Below the pieces are notes generated by a model. That model saw only the letters and a program-made list of their open reading frames with translations, was not told the DNA's origin and made no database searches. A stretch of DNA of 64,000 bases from Myxococcota bacterium. Lineage in GTDB: Bacteria; Myxococcota_A; UBA9160; SZUA-336. The stretch lies in assembly GCA_965247115.1 (NCBI GenBank), contig CBDFGR010000002.1, positions 1,888,001 through 1,952,000 of the forward strand, given 5' to 3'. Position 1 is the first letter of the stretch. Every line of letters begins with the position of its first letter. Of the stretch, positions 27,682 to 37,292 are shown piece by piece. A program made the translations under genes and the position numbers.

Positions 27682-30411
27682 CTACCCGGTGTTGCGGAGG
27701 CCGGCGGCGATGCCGTTGATCGTGAGCTGGATGGCCTGGGTGAGCTCGTGGGGGTCGGGGGCGTTGCCCTGGCGCTTGCGCTGCAGGAGCTCGGTCTGGA
27801 TGTACCCGAGCACGTCGAGCCCGGGCCCGCGCAGCTCGAGGCTCTGCGCCAGCTCCTCGTCGTTTGCGAGCAGGCGCGGGCTGTCCACGATCTCGAGGAC
27901 GCCCTCCACGATCAGCTCGTACTCGTGCTCCAATCTCTGCAGAACCTGTGCGGCGATCGGAGTTCCGGCAAGCTCTGTGTAGATCGACGCGATGTGTAGA
28001 TCGGTCTTGGCCAGCACAAGCTGCAAGTTGTCGATCACGGTGCGGAAGAAGGGCCAGCGTTGGTACATGCGACGCAGGCGAGCGACCAGCTCTTCGCGCT
28101 CTCCAGCGTCGAGCAGTCCGGCCAGCGCCGTTCCCCCTCCATACCAGGCGGGCAACAGCACCCGCGCCTGATTCCAGGCGAAGGTCCACGAGATGGCGCG
28201 GAGATCCTCGACCCGGGTGGTGGCTGACCTGCGCGCGGGCCGCGATCCGATCTGGAGCTCAGAGATCTCCTCGAGGGGAGTCATCGCGTAGAGGGCCTCG
28301 GCAAAGCCGGGAGTCTCGTAGACGAGCTCCCTGTAGGCCCGTCGGGAGAGCTCCGCGAGCTCTGTCATGGTCTCCTGCCAAACTCCTGGGACCGCGCCCC
28401 GCCCCGGGAGTGCGTCGAGCGGAAGGGAGGCTTCCAGTGCGGCCGACAGCGACTGATCCAGATGGTGCACCGCCGATGGAATGGAGTCGTACTTGTGGCT
28501 GATGACCTCTCCTTGCTCCGTCAGCTTGATGCGGCCCATCACGCTGCCCGGAGGCTCCGCGAGAATGGCGCGATGTGTTGGCCCTCCTCCGCGTGCGATG
28601 GTCCCGCCACGACCATGGAAGAACTCGATGCGAATGCCGTATTCCCGTCCCTGCGCAGCCAGCTCGCGCTGGACGCGGTAGAGACCCCAGCACGCCGCCA
28701 TGTAGCCCCCGTCCTTCATCGAGTCTGAGTAACCCAGCATGATCTGCTGCCGAGAGCTCCGGGCCGCAAGCTGAGAGCGATAAGCCTCTGACTCGTACAG
28801 ACGTCGCATCGAGCCAGGGGCTGCATCAAGGGCGGCGATGGACTCGAACAGGGGCACGAGATCGACGCTGCTCTCGAGCGCTCCTTCGGGTCCGAGCCTC
28901 ACCAGCCCGGCATGGCGAGCCAGAAGCAGCAGCTCCAGGACGGGGATCTCGCTGCCAGCGTCGCTGATCACGAGGTCGCGCACGCAATCCGGTCCGAAGC
29001 GCTCCTGAGCAGCGAGAACACCGCGCAGGGTAGCCATGACTTCTTCGGCCTCTTCCGAATGAACAGGAGTGGGCAACAACGTGTCGCTCAGGATCAGCTC
29101 TTCCAGAAACGACTGCTGTCGATCGAGCGAAAGCGAGTCGATTGGCCCCTCGGCGGGCACGATCAGCTCCTCACGAGCCTCGCGATGCCGGCCCTGATGC
29201 TGACGCACGTCGAGCACGGCGAGCTGTAGCCCGAAGATGTCGACCATCCGGAGCCAGCGGGCCAGCCTTCCCGAGGCGAGGCGCTCGCCGCCGTGCTCCT
29301 TCAGACTCTGCACGATCAGCTCCAGCTCGTGACGGAGTGCGAAGGCACTCTCGAAGCCTCCGAGCGTTCCGGCGGCCCGTTCCTCTCGAACCTCGGCCTT
29401 GCTGTGCTCGAGGCGCAAGGCGATGCCATTCAGCTTGGTGCGATAGAGCTCCTCGGGGTTGTGCTGCCCCACGAGCGGTCGGAGGGCCGGGAGCGTCTTC
29501 AGGTCCCGCTCTATACTCGCGCGCAGTGCCGTGGACACTGCTGTGCGGCGTGCCGAGAGCGTCAGCTCTTGAATCAGCGGTGGAATCTCTGCGAGGTAGC
29601 GATCCAGCATGGCCGTCCGATACATCCCGAGCGCAGCCTCGGTGACGCCAGCGGTGACGAAGGGATTCCCATCACGATCTCCCCCGACCCAGCTCCCCAG
29701 CTCGAGTGGTCGGAGGTCCACCGGAGGCTCGCCGGAATAGGCCGCCGCGAAGGCGCGCGACAGGCGTTCGGGAAGAGCGACCATCGCCGGCACCAGAACG
29801 TGCTCCACCGTGTGCACGACGTGACGTACTTCGTCCAGTGGGGTCGGGGCACGATAGCGGAGGATCTCCGTCTGCCACAGCCCGGTGAGCTCTCTGAGCA
29901 GCTCGGGCTCGTTGTCGTCCGCCGCCACGCCGCCGTCGAGCAGCCTGTCGATCCGTTCGAGGCTCTCGTGAACGGACCAGCGCATGGCCTCCGTCGGGTG
30001 TGCGGTCAGCACCAGGGTCAGGCGCAGGTCCTCGAGCGCCGCCTCCACGATCGAGCGGGGCACTCCCCGGCGCCCCAATCGCTCGAACAGCGCCAGCAGT
30101 CCACCGCGTTCATCAGCGCTGTGGGCGCTGGCAAAGTAGCGCTGCTCACACAGGTTGAGCAGCCAGAACGAGAGTGTCAGCGCACGTCCCGTCTCCATCA
30201 GCTCCTCCACGGAGCTCGTGGCGAGAAGCCTGCGCAGCCTCGCCTGATCCTCTTCTCTGTAGGCTCCCCGAAGCGTTGCCGCGAGTCGGCGCAGCGCCCG
30301 GTAGCGTGCGAAGAACCCGGCGCCCCGTTGCTCGCGCAGCACCTGCTCGAGACAAGCCGACACGAGCTCTCGCTCCTGCTCGAACCTGCGGCTCTTTGCT
30401 GCGGTAGTCAC
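27682..30411 (-). CDS. ppc: Phosphoenolpyruvate carboxylase
   Basis: VLTAHPTE, SWVGGDRDGNP, MLGYSDSMKDGG, FHGRGGTIARGGGP, TEQGE, LRAISW, GIAAGLRNTG. Confidence 0.96.
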   Translation of the reverse strand: MTTAAKSRRFEQERELVSACLEQVLREQRGAGFFARYRALRRLAATLRGAYREEDQARLRRLLATSSVEELMETGRALTLSFWLLNLCEQRYFASAHSADERGGLLALFERLGRRGVPRSIVEAALEDLRLTLVLTAHPTEAMRWSVHESLERIDRLLDGGVAADDNEPELLRELTGLWQTEILRYRAPTPLDEVRHVVHTVEHVLVPAMVALPERLSRAFAAAYSGEPPVDLRPLELGSWVGGDRDGNPFVTAGVTEAALGMYRTAMLDRYLAEIPPLIQELTLSARRTAVSTALRASIERDLKTLPALRPLVGQHNPEELYRTKLNGIALRLEHSKAEVREERAAGTLGGFESAFALRHELELIVQSLKEHGGERLASGRLARWLRMVDIFGLQLAVLDVRQHQGRHREAREELIVPAEGPIDSLSLDRQQSFLEELILSDTLLPTPVHSEEAEEVMATLRGVLAAQERFGPDCVRDLVISDAGSEIPVLELLLLARHAGLVRLGPEGALESSVDLVPLFESIAALDAAPGSMRRLYESEAYRSQLAARSSRQQIMLGYSDSMKDGGYMAACWGLYRVQRELAAQGREYGIRIEFFHGRGGTIARGGGPTHRAILAEPPGSVMGRIKLTEQGEVISHKYDSIPSAVHHLDQSLSAALEASLPLDALPGRGAVPGVWQETMTELAELSRRAYRELVYETPGFAEALYAMTPLEEISELQIGSRPARRSATTRVEDLRAISWTFAWNQARVLLPAWYGGGTALAGLLDAGEREELVARLRRMYQRWPFFRTVIDNLQLVLAKTDLHIASIYTELAGTPIAAQVLQRLEHEYELIVEGVLEIVDSPRLLANDEELAQSLELRGPGLDVLGYIQTELLQRKRQGNAPDPHELTQAIQLTINGIAAGLRNTG

Positions 30412-30432
30412 CCGGCGGCGGCGGTCGTCGCG

Positions 30433-31635
30433 CTAGGCAGCTGCGGCGCGCCGATGCTCAGCCTGGTGCGAAGCCAGATAGTCGAGGTCGAAGCCGTAGA
30501 GCCGCGCCGCGTTTCCGCACAGTACCTTGCGCGTGTCCCCGGGCGAGAGCCGCTTGCGAATCTGCGCCAGGCTGGCGTCGCTATTCGGCCAGGTGCCCTC
30601 ATCGTGCGGGTAGTCGTTTCCCCAGAGCAGGCAGTCCGCGCCTACGAACTCCAGATTGTTCAGCCCCACCGGATCGTCGCCGATCGTCACAGCGCCCTGC
30701 CGTCGGAAGTAGTCGCTGGCACGCATAGGCAGCTTGCGCATGCCGAGCGAGCGTCGCTGCTGCATCTGGTCCATCGCCTGCAGCGTCCAGGCCAGCCAGC
30801 CACAATCGGATTCAGTCACCACGAAGCGCAGCCCGGGGTGGCGTTCCAGCACGCCCGAGCCGGTGAGCTCCACGATCGGCGCCATTCCGGCGGCCATCCC
30901 CACCACCGTGCTCAGCTCCTCGAGTCGTTCCCCCTCCTCACGTACCGCTACTCTGGCACGCTCGTAGCGCTTGCTGTCGATCCGGGCGATGGCGCCGAAC
31001 TCTCCGCCCAGCGCGAGGTTTCCGCTGAAGATGTGGAAGCTGAGCGGGATGCCCGCTTCCTCTGCAAGACTCCAGAGCGGTTCGTAGACCCCGAGGCGAT
31101 AGGGTTGCCAGGGCATGACTGCTGGGATGAAGAGCGTGCAGAACCCGTTCTCGATGCAGCGTGTTGCCTCCGCGACCGCGACGTCGACGTCCTCTACGTG
31201 CAGCATTGCCGCGGGTCTGAACCGTTCGGGGTCGCTGCCGAACACGTCCCGTACATAGTCGTTGTGAGCGTAAGCCCAGGCTTCGTAGCAGGCCTGGGGT
31301 TCGTGCCCCAGGCCGCAACTGAGCCCGAGGTTCGGGAAGATCACCTGCGCGTCGACGTTCTCGCGCAGCATGTGCATGCGTCGCACGTCCAGGTCCGTTC
31401 CGAGGGAGGGATCACTCCGAAACTCCCGCTCCAGATCCGCGGGAGTCGCGTTGTGGGCCGCCTGGAGCACCGTGGTCTGTCCCTTGATCTCGACCGTGAG
31501 CTCTCCGTTCGGTCCAATGCCGAGGCGGGGCACGGACTCGCGGAACTCGGCCGGCATTCGCTCCCGCAACGCTTCGGTCTCACCCACGTGCGCATCGGCA
31601 GTGATGAGGATCTCTGAGATCTCCGGCTGGCTCAT
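30433..31635 (-). CDS. Amidohydrolase family 2 protein
   Basis: ADAHVGE, ERHPGLRFVVTE, WGNDYPHDEGTWP; GGGAGG RBS before ATG31635. Confidence 0.88.
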   Translation of the reverse strand: MSQPEISEILITADAHVGETEALRERMPAEFRESVPRLGIGPNGELTVEIKGQTTVLQAAHNATPADLEREFRSDPSLGTDLDVRRMHMLRENVDAQVIFPNLGLSCGLGHEPQACYEAWAYAHNDYVRDVFGSDPERFRPAAMLHVEDVDVAVAEATRCIENGFCTLFIPAVMPWQPYRLGVYEPLWSLAEEAGIPLSFHIFSGNLALGGEFGAIARIDSKRYERARVAVREEGERLEELSTVVGMAAGMAPIVELTGSGVLERHPGLRFVVTESDCGWLAWTLQAMDQMQQRRSLGMRKLPMRASDYFRRQGAVTIGDDPVGLNNLEFVGADCLLWGNDYPHDEGTWPNSDASLAQIRKRLSPGDTRKVLCGNAARLYGFDLDYLASHQAEHRRAAAA

Positions 31636-31710
31636 CGCACGCACCTCCCTTGCGCTGATTCTATCACCCGAATCTTACGGTCTAGCGGTTACTCTGGAGG
31701 TTCGTGGTGC

Positions 31711-32586
31711 TCAGGACACGAGGCGCCGCACGATCTCTTCCATTCGGTTCACAGCGAGCGAGAGATGTCCCTCAGCGGGGAAGAAGTGCGCCTTGCAATG
31801 AGGCAGCACGCTCGCCTGGTAGCGTCCCATCGAGGGCGCCACGTTCACGTCCAGCTCGCCCTGATAGAGGTCGATCTCCGCAAGAACATCCTCGAGGCTG
31901 AAGCCCCAGGCTTGCGCGTAGAGCTGTGCCTCCAGGCCTGCCCCGCGCGTACCCGGACGCAGGCTCTCCACGGTGCTGAGGACGAAGCTCTCGAGGGCTT
32001 CGGGCCGCTCGAGTACAGCGCGGTCGGCTTCGGGGAGGGACCGCGCCGCGCGTTGGACGGCGGCGGCGGGATCGCGGCGCAGGCCCCGGGCCATCAGCGC
32101 CAAAACCAGACGCACCGCCGTCTTCGAGTAGCGCGTGGCTCCGAAGAGCAGGCGGTTCGCGCGCATCATGCCGCGCGAATCCTCGGGCGTATCGAGGGGC
32201 CCAATGCCGCAGACGACGGCGGCCCGAGTGAGGCGCCCGCCAATCCGAAGCGCGCAGGCAAGCACGTGGGGGCCGCCCCCGGAGACTCCCATACACGCGA
32301 AACGGTCGAGCCCCAGGGAGTCCGCAAAGCTCTCGACGTCGTCGGGCCAGTCGAGCAACCGGCGCCCCGGCTGGAACGTCGAGCCGCCGAAGCCCGGGCG
32401 GTCGATCGCGATCAGGCGCGCCCCGGTCCCCCCCAGGCCGTCGCCTCCCAGCGCCGGCTCCAGCCGTGAGCCGGGGAAGCCGTGAAAGTACAGCACGGGC
32501 TTCTCCCTGGGATCTCCGTACTCCGCCCAGGCCAGACTCCGACCATCGCGCAGCCGCACTAGCGAGACATCGTTCGCGCCGCTCAT
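31711..32586 (-). CDS. Alpha/beta hydrolase
   Basis: LRDGRSLAWAEYGDP, FHGFPGSRLE, DRPGFG, GVSGGG, EGHLS. Confidence 0.9.
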   Translation of the reverse strand: MSGANDVSLVRLRDGRSLAWAEYGDPREKPVLYFHGFPGSRLEPALGGDGLGGTGARLIAIDRPGFGGSTFQPGRRLLDWPDDVESFADSLGLDRFACMGVSGGGPHVLACALRIGGRLTRAAVVCGIGPLDTPEDSRGMMRANRLLFGATRYSKTAVRLVLALMARGLRRDPAAAVQRAARSLPEADRAVLERPEALESFVLSTVESLRPGTRGAGLEAQLYAQAWGFSLEDVLAEIDLYQGELDVNVAPSMGRYQASVLPHCKAHFFPAEGHLSLAVNRMEEIVRRLVS

Positions 32587-32922
32587 GTCGGACCTCTCAC
32601 AGGGAGTTCCGTCGCTTAGAGTACTCCCAGGCAGTTGAGGAGTCCCCATTTCCGGCGCGAGCTGCGGGCTGCGGGCGTCGATACGAATGAGCCGCCGCCC
32701 CCCGAACTTCGAGGACGGCATGCGGAAGCGCGTCCTCGATGCGATAGAACGGCCCGGAGCCTCGCGAAGCTGGCGCCCTGTCTAGATTCCCTCGGCGGGC
32801 GCTTGTCATGGTGTACGAGCCCGATCGGTGGTCGGCGGTTAGAGCGGCAACAACTCAGTATCTTCTTTCTCTGTTCCCTTGGTGTTCTTGGCTTCGAGAC
32901 TTCTACACCAATCGGTGAAAGA

Positions 32923-33621
32923 ATGAAGAAGTCGGGCCGACAGTTCTCCCTCAATCTACGGCCTCTGGCGCGTCATGGCGGTCGGCGCGAGGGGGCTGGA
33001 CGCAAGCCTGGGGCGAATCCGCTGGTTCGCCACCGAAGTCGGCGGAGTCTCGCGTCGCGGTATCCGTGCCACGTGACCTTGCGGGTGCGCGAAGGTGCTC
33101 CGTCATTGCGGGCTCCAGCCTTCGTGCGGGAGCTCGAGGAGACGCTGGCGCGGGGGTGCGACAGGGGGGAGTTTCGGCTGGTGCACTACGCGCTCTTGCG
33201 GGACCACGCGCACCTCATCGTCGAGGCGAAGGATCAGTACGCGCTCGGTCGTGGGATGAAGAGCCTGAGCCGGAGGATGGTCTGGGCGATGCGGAGAACG
33301 TTCGGGTGGCGAGGTGGGCTGGTGGCGGATCGCTACCACCTGCGGGTCCTGAAGACGCCCCGCGAGGTACGGAATGCGATCCGCTACGTGCTGCTCAATG
33401 CCGCGCGACATCGACGGAGGGCGCTCCGGGGGCTGGATCCCGCCTCGTCGGGGCGCTGGTTTGACGGGTGGAGCCGAGGAACGGCGGGGAGAGCTTGTGG
33501 GGGCGCGGTTCCAATCGCCAACGCGCACACGTGGCTGCTGAGGAAGGGGTGGCGACGCCACGGGCTGCTGGATGCGTCGGACGTGCCGGGGAGTGCGCGG
33601 GCCTCTCCCGCCCTGGTCTGA
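32923..33621 (+). mobile_element. RAYT-like HUH (Y1) transposase/nuclease, copy 2
   Basis: PCHVTLR, DHAHLIVEA, RVLKTPREVRNAIRYVLLNA (identical to copy 1), DPASSGRWFDGW, HTWLL..GWRRHGLLD. Confidence 0.85.
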
Positions 33622-33729
33622 TTCCCGGCGGTCCAGCAAAAGCGTTCCCCGGGCTGACTCCAGACTCGCGTAGCGCAGCTCTCCTATAATGGCTCGGGTC
33701 CGGAAGGACGTGCCTGGTGGAGGAGAGAG

Positions 33730-34806
33730 ATGGACGTCGGTCTGCAATTGGTCTTCTCGGCGTACGGGTGGCAAGGCATCACGGACCGACAGGTCTACGA
33801 AGAGGAGATCCGGCTCGCACTGCTCGCGGAGGAGCTCGGCTTTGACGCACTGTGGCCGGCTGAGCACCACTTCTTCGACTACGCGCTCTGCCCTGACAAT
33901 ACCCAGATCCTGAGCTATCTCGCGGGCCGCACCGAACGCATCGATCTGGGCACAGCGGCAGTGATCATGCCCTGGAACGAGCCGCTCCGCGTCGCGGAGA
34001 AGATCTCGATGCTGGACGAGCTCTGCGGGGGACGCGTGCGCTTCGGAATGGGCAGAGGCTTGTCGCGTCGGGAGTACGAGCCATTCCGTGGCGTCGAGAT
34101 GGGCACCTCCCGCGAACGCTTCGACGAGAGCGCCGAGATGGTCGTGCGCGCACTGGAGACGGGCTTCATCGAAGGAGACGGGCCCTACTACCCCCAGCCG
34201 CGCACGGAGATTCGCCCCCGCCCGTCGCGCAGCTTCAAGGGTCGGCTGTACGCGGTGGCCGGGTCCGACGACTCGGTCGATTCTGCTGCTCGCCTCGGCG
34301 CCCGCATGGTCATGTTCGCGGAGCGCCAGTGGGATCATCGGCTACCAGCATTCGAGCGCTACCGAAAGGCCTATCACGAGTCCCACGGTGTGGAGGCCCC
34401 TCCGCTGATGACTGCGGACTTCATGTACTGCGACAGCGACGGTGAGCGGGCCGTCGAGCGCGCGACGCAGTACATGGGCACGTACCTCGCAAGCTTGCTC
34501 GAGCACTACGAGCTGATGAACGACCATTTCGCAGAGACCAAGGGCTACCAGGGCTACAGCCTGAACGCGGCGCGGCTGCAGCAGATCGGGGAGTCCGGGT
34601 TCCTGCGGGGTTTTCTCAAGGCGAACGCGTTCGGCACGCCCGACCAGGTTCTCACGGCGCTGGAGAAGCGCCGCGCCGCGCTGGGGCCCTTCGAGCAGGC
34701 CACCTGCTTCCGCTTCGGCGGCGTCCCGTTCGACGAGGCGGAGCGGGGCATGCGCCTGTTCGCGAAGGAGGTCCTCCCGGTGCTTCACGGCTGGGACCAG
34801 AGCTAG
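33730..34806 (+). CDS. Luciferase-like (LLM class) flavin-dependent oxidoreductase
   Basis: AEELGFDALWPAEHHF, PLRVAEKISMLD, GMGRG, MRLFAKEVLP. Confidence 0.9.
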   Translation: MDVGLQLVFSAYGWQGITDRQVYEEEIRLALLAEELGFDALWPAEHHFFDYALCPDNTQILSYLAGRTERIDLGTAAVIMPWNEPLRVAEKISMLDELCGGRVRFGMGRGLSRREYEPFRGVEMGTSRERFDESAEMVVRALETGFIEGDGPYYPQPRTEIRPRPSRSFKGRLYAVAGSDDSVDSAARLGARMVMFAERQWDHRLPAFERYRKAYHESHGVEAPPLMTADFMYCDSDGERAVERATQYMGTYLASLLEHYELMNDHFAETKGYQGYSLNAARLQQIGESGFLRGFLKANAFGTPDQVLTALEKRRAALGPFEQATCFRFGGVPFDEAERGMRLFAKEVLPVLHGWDQS

Positions 34807-34808
34807 CC

Positions 34809-35639
34809 TTGCGACGTCCGATCCTGACTGCCCTGGCGGCGACTCTGCTGGGGATCGTAGCGGGCAGCCCGGAGGCGGCAGCAGCCGAGCGAAAGACCGT
34901 CGGAGAGATCCTGGATTGCCTGCAGCGCACACGCCCCCTGACGAACACGGTGCGAACGATCCGGCTTGTGAGCACGGACCGCGTCGGCGAGGAGCACCTG
35001 CTTATCGGCAAGGTGTACGGCGGCGTGTCGCGCACGGGCTTCCGGACCCTGCTGCTCGAGCTCTCGAATCCGGAGAGCATCCGAGGCCTGACGGTGCTCA
35101 TCACGGAGCGAACGGGAGCAAATCATTTGTTCGTCTCCCCTGCAGGCATGCCCCAGGTCAGGCAGATCAGGGGCGCACCCGGCGCGTCGAACCTGTTCGG
35201 AACGGACTTCTCGTACGAGGACGTGGAGCGGCTGTACGGCTTCGACCTACCCTCCGAGACGCACAAGCTCGGGAGCAGTGAGACACCGGTGGAAGGTCGG
35301 CCGTTCTGGCTGCTCGAGACGATCCCTGACCCCGAAAGCTCGAGTTACGAGCGCATCGTCTCGCTGATCGACGAGCAGACCTGCGTGCTCGTTCGCGCCG
35401 AGATGTTCGAGTCGGGCTTCACGCCTCGAAAGGTCCTGACGTCGAATCCGGACTCGGTGACCAGAGAGGGGTCCACCTGGGTGGCTCGCGACATCATGAT
35501 TCGCGACCTCCGCGACGAGACGCAGACCCGAATGGTCATCGACGACGTGGACCTCGCGGTCGAGCACGTCGGGGTCCCGTTCACTCCCGAGGAGCTCGAG
35601 CAGTACAAGCGCGTCAGGGCCGAAGCTGCCGAGAGGTAG
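34809..35639 (+). CDS. LolA-like outer-membrane lipoprotein-sorting family protein
   Basis: Signal peptide; PESIRG, VRQI, LFGTDFSYED motif. Confidence 0.75.
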   Translation: MRRPILTALAATLLGIVAGSPEAAAAERKTVGEILDCLQRTRPLTNTVRTIRLVSTDRVGEEHLLIGKVYGGVSRTGFRTLLLELSNPESIRGLTVLITERTGANHLFVSPAGMPQVRQIRGAPGASNLFGTDFSYEDVERLYGFDLPSETHKLGSSETPVEGRPFWLLETIPDPESSSYERIVSLIDEQTCVLVRAEMFESGFTPRKVLTSNPDSVTREGSTWVARDIMIRDLRDETQTRMVIDDVDLAVEHVGVPFTPEELEQYKRVRAEAAER

Positions 35640-35659
35640 CGACGGGCTTCAGCCTGATC

Positions 35660-36346
35660 CTACAGTGCGGCTGTCTGGCCGGGGCCCACTTCGGGGATTG
35701 CGTCTTCGAGCTCGAGCGCTGCCTCGCGCTCCAGAACAGCCTGGTAGAGCGACGCGAGCGTGAGGTCCCAAAGGATCAGGGCAGGGCAAATGCCGAGTCC
35801 GAAGGGGATGGCGCCCAACACGACCGCCGCGCAACCGCCGGCGCCGATCGCGAGCAGCTTCAGCGAGAGCCCCTCGGTCAGCTCGAAGCTCTCGCGGATC
35901 GCGCTCAGTGGGCCAAGGCCCTCGTCCAGAATCAGGTAGGGCACGAAGCGCGTCCGCAGGTAGACGAACACCCCCGGGAGCACCAGCATGGAGGTGCCTA
36001 CGATCACCATGAAGAGTATGAGCGCGTTGGTGATAACCACGTCGCGATAGCGATTGAACGAGGCCATCGCGTCCGCCGGCTCGGCCTCCTCGCCCCGCAC
36101 GGCATGCAGGCACAGGTAGGCAAAGCCCCAGCGGAGCGGGCGGGTGAAGAGGACGGCCATCAACAGGCCCCCGAGGGCGAGCTCGCCACCGGAGAACATC
36201 GAGATCACGCAGAGGCTGGCCGCGTGAACGCCGAAGCCGATGACCAGCAGCGGGCCGAACTGCTGGCGGAAGGTCTCCCAGCCATGCGTCGCGCAGGCTA
36301 CTGGGTTGGTCTCGAGCGGGGGTACGCGGTCTGTCTCTTCGTCCAT
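35660..36346 (-). CDS. Integral membrane protein (unknown function)
   Basis: Several TM segments; LVLPG...FVPYLILDE..GPLSAIRESFELT pattern. Confidence 0.75.
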   Translation of the reverse strand: MDEETDRVPPLETNPVACATHGWETFRQQFGPLLVIGFGVHAASLCVISMFSGGELALGGLLMAVLFTRPLRWGFAYLCLHAVRGEEAEPADAMASFNRYRDVVITNALILFMVIVGTSMLVLPGVFVYLRTRFVPYLILDEGLGPLSAIRESFELTEGLSLKLLAIGAGGCAAVVLGAIPFGLGICPALILWDLTLASLYQAVLEREAALELEDAIPEVGPGQTAAL

Positions 36347-36451
36347 GGCGACTCACGCAGCAAGATGCGTGCCGCGGCGGCGGAGCGCTACCGGAGCGCG
36401 CTGGCTACTAGGGCAGCGGGGTTGCTGCACCGAAGCTCTCTCACGACATCT

Positions 36452-37060
36452 TCAGGGTCGGGTGAGTATCTCCACCTTGTCGTCCACGGCAATCTCGCCG
36501 CGCTCGACAACACCAAGGTAGATCCCGCGCAGGTTCCGGGGCCTCCGCGATTTCTCGGATATGAAACGAAGGGCATCGGCCCCGAACCTGGCTCGGTACT
36601 TGTCGCAGCCATCGTGAGGGAAGGGCATGACCTCGAGCGTCGCGCTCCCGATCCGCAGCCGGCTTCCGATCGGCAGGTTCGCGCTGGAGAGGTCGAGGTC
36701 GACGATCAGGTTGTCCCCAAACAGGGCCAGCGGCTGGCCGTTTGCGATGAGCTCGCCAACCCCTGCTTCCATCGTGGTGATCTGCATCTCGAGGTACACG
36801 TCCTTTCCGAACCTGGCCTCACCCTTGCTTCGCTCGGGAGCCCAGCGGTCTCCTTGAATCCCGGACTCGGGCGTGACACGGATGGCCGCGGGGGTGGCTC
36901 GCTCTCCCGCGGCGCCCCTTGCGATCAAGGACACGACACGGCCGGAATCGGTCGGAGCGGGTGCCAGCTTCTCCAGGCCCTTCTCGAGCGCCTCGAGGGA
37001 GAGGTGCCTGTTCGGATCAATGCTGGATGACTCGAAGATCTCGCTGCTGGAGTCTGTCAT
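36452..37060 (-). CDS. MOSC domain protein
   Basis: GIQGDRW, GDNLIVDLDLS, PHDGCDKY..RFG, RGIY. Confidence 0.85.
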   Translation of the reverse strand: MTDSSSEIFESSSIDPNRHLSLEALEKGLEKLAPAPTDSGRVVSLIARGAAGERATPAAIRVTPESGIQGDRWAPERSKGEARFGKDVYLEMQITTMEAGVGELIANGQPLALFGDNLIVDLDLSSANLPIGSRLRIGSATLEVMPFPHDGCDKYRARFGADALRFISEKSRRPRNLRGIYLGVVERGEIAVDDKVEILTRP

Positions 37061-37292
37061 GCGGTGTAGCCTATATGAAGGCGGGCAGCGTCTCCAGAGG
37101 GGAGCTCACCTACGGATCGTCGGCGCGATCGCCGTGGTCGTCGGAGCCGACCTCATCTGCGTCGGAGTGCGTACCCTCTGACAACGGGTCATGTGACCGC
37201 GGGGTGAAGCCGATCTGTGTAGGTCGGAGCCTGACCTCCGGAGGAGCGCTGCGCATGGCGACGATGACGCTGCTGGCGCCCCGGATTCGGGG

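Noticed and set aside
32687..32785. 32-aa ORF MSRRPPNFEDGMRKRVLDAIERPGASRSWRPV, faintly like an IS630 HTH start
   Set aside because: Too short, no RBS, and the similarity is only impressionistic
35636..35663. GTAG...CTAC-bounded spacer resembling a REP (similar at 568-596)
   Set aside because: The tetranucleotides are largely explained by TAG stops of convergent genes, the internal palindromes are poor, and the sequences are not repeated
37092..37181. Hydrophobic frame LRIVGAIAVVVGADLICVGVRTL*, possibly a membrane-gene tail remnant
   Set aside because: No start and no recognisable family; cannot be distinguished from chance
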